From: Planctomycetota bacterium
GTDB taxonomy: Bacteria; Planctomycetota; SZUA-567; H5-PLA8
Direction of reading: 5' to 3'
NCBI GenBank assembly: GCA_038227875.1
Contig: JBBRPR010000013.1
Span: forward strand, 96,001-160,000
Length of the DNA stretch: 64,000 nucleotides
Both the position numbers and the translations under genes were made by a program. Positions within the stretch are counted from its first letter, which is position 1. Each line of letters opens with the position of its first letter. The notes under the pieces were generated by a model. That model made no database searches, was not told the origin of the DNA, and saw nothing but the letters and a program-made list of their open reading frames with translations. Below are positions 1 through 7,896 of this stretch, piece after piece.

Positions 1-715
1 CAATGATAAAGCCCGACGAATTATCCACGCCTGAATTTGGAACTGCAACGTCGTTCGACTGCCACCAGATTCTCACCGCGGGATTCGATTGATCCGCGTC
101 CGGTCCGTAAACCACAGCAACAACTTTATACGCATTGGTAGACGATGGCTTCACATTCACCTGGAAAGACACCGATGAAACAAGGAATTCCGATGTTGGA
201 ATGTTCACGATCAGATCGTCGGTCGACACATTTACGTCCGGGCCTTGCGACATCAGCACGACCGGATCTGCTCCGACCGTATAACTAAAAGCGTTACCCC
301 AACCATCCGCCAGGGTGGACTGGCCCGGTCCCAACCGCAGGTACGAGCGCCATCCACGCGGCACTGCCACAAAGTATGTGTTCGCGGGCGAATAACTGAT
401 GCTATCGGCAAACACTTTTGCTGATGCGTAGAGAGCGTTTGAATCGGCAGGCGGTTTGATGAGATCATCCAGAGTCGCGGGCACGCCGCCGACATCTGCC
501 ACGAATCCGCTCATAATCGGCGTACCGTCGACCTGTTTCAAGTTCTTGGCGCCCGTAATCGCGTCGTGAATTTCATTCATCTGTCGCGTCGTCATATCGA
601 AACGTGACTGATCCTGCACCCCTTCCAGCGACGTGGCCGCAACAGCCGTCAGCGTCACCAGGATCACCAGCACCACCAGCAGTTCGATGAGCGTAAAGCC
701 GCGCGGCTTATTCAT
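1..715 (-). CDS. Prepilin/pseudopilin (class III signal peptide), GspG-like; 3' end runs off the window
   Basis: Not in the ORF track. Hand translation from ATG 715 gives MNKPRG|FTLIELLVVLVILVTLTAVA..., then GWRSYL, DGWGNAF and SQGPD...TDDL motifs. The frame is open to position 1 and the ATG overlaps the previous gene's stop (ATGAATAA). Confidence 0.85.
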   Translation of the reverse strand, partial: MNKPRGFTLIELLVVLVILVTLTAVAATSLEGVQDQSRFDMTTRQMNEIHDAITGAKNLKQVDGTPIMSGFVADVGGVPATLDDLIKPPADSNALYASAKVFADSISYSPANTYFVAVPRGWRSYLRLGPGQSTLADGWGNAFSYTVGADPVVLMSQGPDVNVSTDDLIVNIPTSEFLVSSVSFQVNVKPSSTNAYKVVAVVYGPDADQSNPAVRIWWQSNDVAVPNSGVDNSSGFII

Positions 716-1475
716 AGATGTCCGCCCTGTTCAAAAAGAGAATGATGTCGTCTCCACGTGACGTGACTCCAGTGGACGTACGACCAGCAAGCGGATCATT
801 GGGATCGGTCTGGATTTTGCCATCTGCACCGGCGGAAACGACGCGCGCAAATTTCCAGCAGTCCACACTGTTGAGAACATGAGCGACACCGCTTTTGTCG
901 GTGAATGTCGTGCCAGCGATCGGAATCTGCACTACGACGGGATTGCCCCACGTGTCCGCCGCGACGGGATCGCCGACATGGCCGTAGAGATCCGAACCAT
1001 CGCTTTTGAAAAAATTCCGCGTCCTGAACGTCTCGGCGTCCCCATTGAAGCGCTTATCGTCTACATCGGGATAAACCAGGGTTGACGTGGGATGCGTGAA
1101 GTTGGCAACCGGCTGGTTCGCTGAAACATAAGGACCATTCCAGCCCAGATGCGAGTTGTGATCCCAGGCGGCGAACGGGACGTGAATGCCGCCGTCTTTG
1201 ACAAACAAATCCGCCATCCTGCATTGGGTATAGTCAAAGCCGCTGCTGAATTTCACATCCTGCGCCAGTTGCAGCCAGCCGGAGCGCAGATTAGCCATCG
1301 TCACCTGCGTCAGGTCAGCTTGCGCACTCGCTTGCGTCGAATTCAGCGCCGGCAATACCAGCCCCGCCAGCGCCGCCAAAATCGCAACGACCACGACCAT
1401 TTCCAGCAGCGTGAATCCACGACGGATCCGAAGCATTTTCACGTCGCGCATACTTGACTCGTTCTTCATTCTCAA
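708..1475 (-). CDS. Prepilin/pseudopilin, GspG (T2SS-G)-like
   Basis: RRG|FTLLEMVVVVAILAALAGLVLP cleavage/methylation motif, plus GWNGPY, DTWGNP, SAGADG and GDDI motifs typical of GspG. The exact start is uncertain; later ATGs are possible. Confidence 0.85.
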   Translation of the reverse strand: MRMKNESSMRDVKMLRIRRGFTLLEMVVVVAILAALAGLVLPALNSTQASAQADLTQVTMANLRSGWLQLAQDVKFSSGFDYTQCRMADLFVKDGGIHVPFAAWDHNSHLGWNGPYVSANQPVANFTHPTSTLVYPDVDDKRFNGDAETFRTRNFFKSDGSDLYGHVGDPVAADTWGNPVVVQIPIAGTTFTDKSGVAHVLNSVDCWKFARVVSAGADGKIQTDPNDPLAGRTSTGVTSRGDDIILFLNRADIYE

Positions 1476-1516
1476 TCCCGCAACGTCCGCTAACAGGAAA
1501 CCTTTTGTTAAGCCTA

Positions 1517-1549
1517 AAGCGGACGAGCGTATTTCACGCCCGTCCGCTT
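1517..1549 (-). terminator. Stem-loop after the first pilin gene (attenuator/stabiliser)
   Basis: Minus strand AAGCGGACGGGCGT-gaaat-ACGCTCGTCCGCTT forms a 14-bp stem with one G-U pair. Confidence 0.6.
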
Positions 1550-1583
1550 AGTTTTTTCCGTACTACAATTCGAGCAGTACAAC

Positions 1584-2444
1584 CTACTTGGTCGTGTAGT
1601 ACTCGTTGATTTCGTCGGCCATCAGGTCGCAGTCAGCACCCGTCGCCAGTTTGAACGACGCGCGGCTGCCATCCTGATAGGCTTCGAAAAAGACCACGAA
1701 GCGGTTGTAGTAGGCCGTCTGATCCAGGTTCGGATAGAAGGGCACGTCCTGCAGAGTCGATCCGATCGCCGAATTGTTCGGGCCGAACCCGAAGGCCACC
1801 AGTTTCGCGCCAACCGGCTGCTTGCCACCGTTGCCGTAAATCTTTGTGAAGATGGCTTGGGCGTCGCCGTCGCCGCCCGTCAACGTGCCCGACGCATCGA
1901 CTGTAACGTTCAACGTGGCGATTTTGACAGTGCTCGTGAAATCCAGCGAGCGGGGCTGATCGAACTTGTTGCCGGGAATTGCATTGTTGACGTGGTCCAG
2001 AGCATCGAAAACAGTCGTGATTCCCATGCGGTTAAGGGAACGGCCATAGGCACTCGTTGCGCCATCCGCCGGCAGCGTGTCCAGCTTCAATTTTTGCGGG
2101 GTGTTGGCCGGGAGCCCGGACGTATCGCCGCCCGTCAATTCCGGGTGCAGGCCGATCTTAAACGTCGGATCCGTCGGGGAAGATCCGGTCGTGGTCCAGA
2201 ATGCGCCAGAGGTATCCAGCAGCGAATCCATCTTGTCCGGGTAAATGTTGTTCAGCACGCGGTGCGTCTGAATATACCGAGACACGCCGCTGATGTTGCT
2301 GGCCGACACGCCCTTGTTGGCCTTCAAAATGTAAGTGTCCAACTTCGGCAGCACCAAGCCCGCCAAGATTGCAAGGACGGCGACCACCACAACCAACTCG
2401 ATCAATGTAAACCCGCTGTTCCGGCGCTGCTGTCGTGACTTCAT
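1584..2444 (-). CDS. Prepilin-type N-terminal cleavage/methylation protein (probable major pilin/pseudopilin)
   Basis: MKSRQQRRNSG|FTLIELVVVVAVLAILAGLVLP; GGAGGA RBS just upstream of ATG 2444. Confidence 0.88.
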   Translation of the reverse strand: MKSRQQRRNSGFTLIELVVVVAVLAILAGLVLPKLDTYILKANKGVSASNISGVSRYIQTHRVLNNIYPDKMDSLLDTSGAFWTTTGSSPTDPTFKIGLHPELTGGDTSGLPANTPQKLKLDTLPADGATSAYGRSLNRMGITTVFDALDHVNNAIPGNKFDQPRSLDFTSTVKIATLNVTVDASGTLTGGDGDAQAIFTKIYGNGGKQPVGAKLVAFGFGPNNSAIGSTLQDVPFYPNLDQTAYYNRFVVFFEAYQDGSRASFKLATGADCDLMADEINEYYTTK

Positions 2445-2565
2445 TCTTCCTCCTGTCCCAGGTTGAGGGCTCAATTCCAAAGAGACAGTTCACCACTAGC
2501 GCGCTCAGCCACCCAAGGCGAGGCGCTTAATATGAAGAACCCATCTCGAAGCTCAATGGAGGTAA

Positions 2566-2582
2566 TGGCAAAGTGAATGCCA
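2566..2582 (-). promoter_or_regulatory. Putative sigma54 (-24/-12) promoter for the pilin genes
   Basis: Minus strand TGGCATTCACTTTGCCA fits GG-N10-GC with TGGCA and TTGC, about 120 nt upstream of the pilin ATG in AT-rich intergenic DNA. Confidence 0.6.
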
Positions 2583-2781
2583 TCATTGTAATTAAATCGT
2601 AATGTTGAAAATTAGTGACACAGAACGCCTATTGTTCATAGGTAAATTGGTGTGTTTTCACTTCAATTAGTGGCCGGCCTTCGGCCATTTGCACAATGCG
2701 CAAGGATGTTCATTGTACACCGCGTGCACCCGGCAATGACAATGCCGTGTACATCTCTTAGACACTTTTTCGAATGATTGA

Positions 2782-5445
2782 TTACCGTGGCAGGGCGTCA
2801 CGGAACTGGCGGACGCGGTCTTCGTATTCTTTGCGCGACTGTGGGGCGGCGTTGGCGGGAAGCAGCGTGATTGCTTTCTCTTCGGTGCTGAGTGCCACCG
2901 CTGCCCTGCCGTTAGAAAAATAAGCCAGCGCGAGCGTGTCGAGAATAATTGGGTCCGCGTGCTTTGTCAGCTCCGCGCTCTTTTCGGAGTACTGCAACGC
3001 CACTTTCGGGTCGCGCAGACTGTTGTCGGCACACGTCAGCAACTCCCACGCGTAGTAATTCATCGCCTGTGCCGATTCAGGTTTTGAATCGGCCCATTGC
3101 TTCAGGTAACTCATCATCTCCCGGTAATTCTTCAATTGGCGGGCGATGTCTGCCAGTTGCTGATACGCGCCTTTGACCCCGATGGACGGATCGCGCTTCA
3201 ATACTTCCTTCAGGTCCTCAGCGCATTCCGCCACACGTCCGAGTTCCAAACGCGAATGCGCGCGCGCTAACAGATCGTTAACACTATCGAGCGCTTTCCC
3301 TTCTAGCGGTTTCCCCATCTGAATCGCTCGCGCACGCTGAGCATCGTGTTGCAGTCGTTGCTCCATTTGAGCGACGGTTGACTGGCTCATCTGCGCCGCG
3401 GTCTCCACTGCTTTGTGGTACTCGTCGTCGCGGCTCAACCCGAAGCAGATCATCGCGCGCAATCCCCACGACTGCCAGGTTTTTGAACCCAGCGCGATGG
3501 CCTGGTCAACATCGGCCAACGCGCCGAAGTTGTCGCCGAGCTGAAATTTCATGGCCGCGCGATTGTGAAAAATGGCGTGCTGATTGGAATCCAATTGCAC
3601 GGCTTTGTCGAGATCGGCAATCGCGCCAGCATAGTCGTGAGCTTCAGCGCAGGTCCGTCCGTGGTTTAACAGCGCGGAGAGGCTCTCCCCCTGTTCCTTG
3701 GACGTCGCGATGATACGAACGGGCGGCGTTGAGTCCATGGGGTTGGGCGGAGTGGGCGGAGCCGGCGGAGCCGTCAGCTTTCCTTTCAAAATGCGCGCGC
3801 GCGAACCGGCCATGGTCTCGGAGAATTCCTTCTCGAAGATATCGATCGCTGCGACTTTCTGCTCGACGGTGGCAAGCGTGGCGAGCTTCTTCTCCAATCC
3901 GTCAAATTCAATCTGAGCCCGGCGCTCCAGTTGAACCGACTCCGTGGCGAAGTCGCTGGTGCCATCGCCGCCTTGTGTGGAGTGATTCACTGAAGGCGGA
4001 GGCTGCGGAGGAAGCACCGGATTCGACGGCGACGGTAGTGACGGGAGCGCGACGCTGCCCGGATCCTTCGAAGCACCCACCCCGGTTTGGGTCGAAGAGA
4101 AAGTTGTGGTCAACGCGACCTTGGTATTCGTCAACTTATCCTGCGAGAACATGCTGGCCACAAGCGCGCAGCCCACCAGCACCAATGCGGCGACGCTGAG
4201 AATCCCGATCAGACTCGATTTGGCTTGAGCGTTCATGCGTTCGGCTACGAGCCGGCGCACGGAATGCTGCGCGGGCGGCGTCTTCGTGCGGGAGGCCGCG
4301 ATGCCTATTCCGGCACCGGACGCGCGGGCCGGCTTTTCCGCAACCACGCGCGCTACCTGCTCCACCCGCTCCACCTGTTCCATGGAATCCGACGAGCCTA
4401 CCGAGATTGGATCCTGGCCGGACATCACCCGGTGCAAATCCGTCAGCAGCGCATCGCAATCGCTGTAACGCTCGGCGGGATTGCGCGCCATCATTTTCCA
4501 TAACAAGGCTACGACACCGTCGGGGATATCAGCCTGGACGTCCTGCGGATTGGGCACGTCGTCGGTGAGATGCTTGAGCATCACGGTCGCCGCCGTCGGT
4601 CCGTCAAACGGCGGCTCGCCGGCTAGCAGATGATAGAACGTCGCGCCGAGTCCATAAATATCCGCGCGACCATCGATCTTCTCGCCCTTCGCCTGCTCCG
4701 GCGACATGTAATGCGGCGTGCCGACGGCATTGCCGCTCTGGGTATGAAACGACGAGCCGGGATCCTCCACATCTTTGGACAGTCCCAGGTCGAGAATCTT
4801 TGCAGTGTCATTGGTTGTTAGAAAAATGTTGTCCGGCTTGATGTCGCGGTGAAGCACTCCGTTTTCGTGTGCGTGTTTCAACCCTTCGGCCACTTGTGTG
4901 ACGATGGATACCGCGCGCTGCCACGGCAAAAATTTCACCGACTTGAGCAATTGCGACAGCGGCTTGCCCGCGCAATACTCCATCGCGTAATAGTGCCGGC
5001 CTTGATCTTCTCCCGCATCAAACGCCGCGACGATATTCTGGTGGTTGAGCTTGCCGGTCGCTTTCGCTTCGCGCCGGAACCGGCTGATGAAATCGCGGTT
5101 CTCGGCGAGCTTCTTCGACAATACTTTCAGCGCAACCTGGCGTCCGGCCAGCGTGTCTTCCGCCAGAAAGACCTTGCCCATCCCGCCGCGGCCCAACTCC
5201 TTCAGAATCTTGTATTTTCCCAGTTTGGCGATCGAGCCCTGGCCGATGAGCGTTTTCAGCGCTTGATCGCGCTGCTCTTTTGAAATGATGCCATCGGCGA
5301 CCAGAATGTCCGGCAACTGCAGCGTGTGACCCGACTGCTGCGCCAGTGCCTGAGCATGCCGGGCGGCACGGATTTGCTCAAACGTGGCGAGCTTCGCCTG
5401 GACGACGTGGCGCGCAAAGATTTCGTCAGAGACACCGTCGGTCAT
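2782..5445 (-). CDS. Hanks-type Ser/Thr protein kinase with TM helix and C-terminal TPR region
   Basis: GRGGMGKV, VALK, HRDIKPDN, DLGL and GTPHYMSPEQ motifs; hydrophobic segment LIGILSVAALVLVGCALVA; Pro-rich linker; TPR-like repeats. Confidence 0.92.
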   Translation of the reverse strand: MTDGVSDEIFARHVVQAKLATFEQIRAARHAQALAQQSGHTLQLPDILVADGIISKEQRDQALKTLIGQGSIAKLGKYKILKELGRGGMGKVFLAEDTLAGRQVALKVLSKKLAENRDFISRFRREAKATGKLNHQNIVAAFDAGEDQGRHYYAMEYCAGKPLSQLLKSVKFLPWQRAVSIVTQVAEGLKHAHENGVLHRDIKPDNIFLTTNDTAKILDLGLSKDVEDPGSSFHTQSGNAVGTPHYMSPEQAKGEKIDGRADIYGLGATFYHLLAGEPPFDGPTAATVMLKHLTDDVPNPQDVQADIPDGVVALLWKMMARNPAERYSDCDALLTDLHRVMSGQDPISVGSSDSMEQVERVEQVARVVAEKPARASGAGIGIAASRTKTPPAQHSVRRLVAERMNAQAKSSLIGILSVAALVLVGCALVASMFSQDKLTNTKVALTTTFSSTQTGVGASKDPGSVALPSLPSPSNPVLPPQPPPSVNHSTQGGDGTSDFATESVQLERRAQIEFDGLEKKLATLATVEQKVAAIDIFEKEFSETMAGSRARILKGKLTAPPAPPTPPNPMDSTPPVRIIATSKEQGESLSALLNHGRTCAEAHDYAGAIADLDKAVQLDSNQHAIFHNRAAMKFQLGDNFGALADVDQAIALGSKTWQSWGLRAMICFGLSRDDEYHKAVETAAQMSQSTVAQMEQRLQHDAQRARAIQMGKPLEGKALDSVNDLLARAHSRLELGRVAECAEDLKEVLKRDPSIGVKGAYQQLADIARQLKNYREMMSYLKQWADSKPESAQAMNYYAWELLTCADNSLRDPKVALQYSEKSAELTKHADPIILDTLALAYFSNGRAAVALSTEEKAITLLPANAAPQSRKEYEDRVRQFRDALPR

Positions 5446-5787
5446 GAACCCAAGTCCGCCCAGTACAAATGCTGCTCATGTGAGCTCGACAGGCAGAAAC
5501 TGCCGTCGTTGCCAAAAGCGCCATCCTTGATTGGTGCTCATTAATCTTGTGCAATTGAAGTGCCCGCACACAAAATCATCGTCCGCTAATCTGAAAAGTT
5601 TAGTCACCCGTGCGTGATCTTTACTAATGGCTGACTTAAAACAACATGCAACTTTCCAGCCTGCCACACCGACTGGCGCTCCCCTTGCTCATGACTTTTC
5701 GCCCGCTGAAGACTGTTCGCTTTTGCGACAGCACGAACCCCAAGCGCTAACGTGTGCGCTTGTGAACGGTACAGATTGGAGTTGCCC

Positions 5788-6162
5788 ATGGCAGACGCGC
5801 CCCTGCTCGTTTGGTTCGATCTTCTGGAAGAACTGGGAATCGTGGTGCTCACCGCCAAGGGTCCGGTCGACGGCTACACCTACGATCTCCTCCAGAAGCG
5901 CATCAACCAATCCATCGCCGACGGACACTACCGCATCGTCGTGGACCTGTCGGGCGTGAACTATATATCGTCGGCGGGACTGGGCGTGTTCATCGCCGCG
6001 CGCAACCGAGTCATCGAAAAGGGCGGCTCGATCGTGCTGCTGAATCTGTCCAAGCCTGTCCGCGAAATTTTCAGAGCGTTGAGCATGGACGAATACATGA
6101 ACGTCGCCGCGAGCATGCAAGACGCCATTCAAGCCTTCCACCCCAAGAAAAAAACCGGCTGA
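5788..6162 (+). CDS. STAS-domain anti-sigma factor antagonist (SpoIIAA-like)
   Basis: VVDLSGVNYISSAGLG motif; GGAG RBS before ATG 5788. Confidence 0.88.
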   Translation: MADAPLLVWFDLLEELGIVVLTAKGPVDGYTYDLLQKRINQSIADGHYRIVVDLSGVNYISSAGLGVFIAARNRVIEKGGSIVLLNLSKPVREIFRALSMDEYMNVAASMQDAIQAFHPKKKTG

Positions 6163-6185
6163 AGCCGCTCAAGCCTCAAGCCTGA

Positions 6186-6221
6186 AACGAAAAGCCCCGC
6201 GAACTCGCGGGGCTTTTCGTT
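6186..6221. terminator. Bidirectional intrinsic terminator
   Basis: AACGAAAAGCCCCGCGA-ac-TCGCGGGGCTTTTCGTT between convergent genes. Confidence 0.85.
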
Positions 6222-6244
6222 CCTCACGCCTCACTCATTGTTCA

Positions 6245-7789
6245 TCACTTGCCGTCATCGGTCGGCAGCAGCGCCGTGACTTCCTTGATGATCGCCACCG
6301 GCAGCGCCAATTCGCAGCGCAGTCCGTCAGCCGCCGGCTCGGCTTTGAACGTGATCGGCGTGGTCGCCTTCGCCAGCGACGCGGCCAGCGCTGGCGGCAA
6401 GGGCAGCGGCGTCTTCTGCTTCTTGTTCACCGCGTCGATCGTTTTAGCGACATCGATTTGAATATACGCGCCCTTCTTCAACTGCTGGTTCGGTACGTCC
6501 TGGTCCAACGGCATCGTTTCGACGAACTTCTTGTCGCTGTCCGAGATGGTCATGTAAACGCGCTTGCCCTTCGAGAGAAAATCGATGTACGCGAATGGTT
6601 TTTCCTTATCGAACAGCGTCTCGCGAACGACCTTCGCTCCGGCCGCGGTCGTGTACGTCTCGACCTTCAGATGTTCCTTTTCGCCGTCAACGGCACTCAA
6701 CTTCGTGGCGTCTGCGGCGAGTTTTTTCAGAATGGCTTCGATGTCCTCTTCCTTCGAATTCTGCCGCACAACATACGCCACGCAGGCATCGTCCTTCACT
6801 GTCCAGCCCAGCGAGTTGGCTTCGCCGGAAAAATGCGCGGCCAGGTAGTCGGCAATGAATCCGCGGATGTCCGCTTCGGGTACCTTGGAGCTCTTTGGCG
6901 GAGAAACACCCGAATCGATCACCCACTTTATTCCGCTGTCCCATATATCGCGGTTCGGCGCGGTGCACACCAGGTCCACGCGTCCCGCGCAATCCGCCGG
7001 CAGAACCGGCATCGCCACGGGCGCATCCGCGCCATTCCACGGCGGCGGCGGAGCGATCAGCATACGCACGGCCAGCGAATCGGCGGTGCTCTTCAACACG
7101 CTCAGTTCCAGCCGATCCAGCACCTTCTCGAAATAATTATAGACCATCTCCCGCCCGAATTTCTCACCGTCTGTTTCAGCGGGCTTGTCCACGTCCTTCT
7201 TGCGCATGTCGTCGATAAACGCTTTGATGATTTCAGGATGGTTCTTGCGGATGTCTTTGATGTCGCCCCACGTCGCGGCAATCGTCTTGCCATCGGCGTA
7301 CTGCTTGGCCAGCGCCACATCGTCGGCAAACTTCAACGCCGTTTCCGTTCCGCCGAAGATCACCCGATCCTTCGTAAACTTGATGAAGATCGGTCCGAGC
7401 GGGAAGACGTCCTGGCCTTCCACGGCCGTTTTTGCGCCCTGCTCCTTCAATTTGGCCAGGTACGAGGCGGGATCCTTGGACGGGAATGAGAAGAAGGCGC
7501 GATTGGACTGCGGAATGTCCGGCCGAGCCAAAAACGTGATGCTGCACGGACGCTTGTCGTCGACGCCGCCCAAAAACGGAAACGTGCCATCGATGCCTTC
7601 CGCCGACAGCGTCGGCGGCACCGGCACACCCAACTCTTTCAACTGACTGACCAGCGCCGAAATGGACGCAAACGAGGCCTCAGCAACAATCGGCTCCGTC
7701 GCCGCCTTCTCCGCATCCGCCGCCCGAATCCATCCCGGGAGTAGACCGGCCAGACACAGCGCGACCACCATCAAACAGCGCAAACGCAT
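6245..7789 (-). CDS. Secreted hypothetical protein
   Basis: 514-aa ORF with a signal peptide (MRLRCLMVVALCLAGLLPGWIRA) and GGAGG RBS; no family recognised. Confidence 0.75.
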   Translation of the reverse strand: MRLRCLMVVALCLAGLLPGWIRAADAEKAATEPIVAEASFASISALVSQLKELGVPVPPTLSAEGIDGTFPFLGGVDDKRPCSITFLARPDIPQSNRAFFSFPSKDPASYLAKLKEQGAKTAVEGQDVFPLGPIFIKFTKDRVIFGGTETALKFADDVALAKQYADGKTIAATWGDIKDIRKNHPEIIKAFIDDMRKKDVDKPAETDGEKFGREMVYNYFEKVLDRLELSVLKSTADSLAVRMLIAPPPPWNGADAPVAMPVLPADCAGRVDLVCTAPNRDIWDSGIKWVIDSGVSPPKSSKVPEADIRGFIADYLAAHFSGEANSLGWTVKDDACVAYVVRQNSKEEDIEAILKKLAADATKLSAVDGEKEHLKVETYTTAAGAKVVRETLFDKEKPFAYIDFLSKGKRVYMTISDSDKKFVETMPLDQDVPNQQLKKGAYIQIDVAKTIDAVNKKQKTPLPLPPALAASLAKATTPITFKAEPAADGLRCELALPVAIIKEVTALLPTDDGK

Positions 7790-7896
7790 TCAAAATCCTC
7801 CAGTTGGGGTTGCGAGGATCATCGTCGCTGGGGGCGCGGATACAAGAAGAAACCGCTCCACCCCGCGCGTACCCTCCGTCCCAACGTGAGGTTTAG

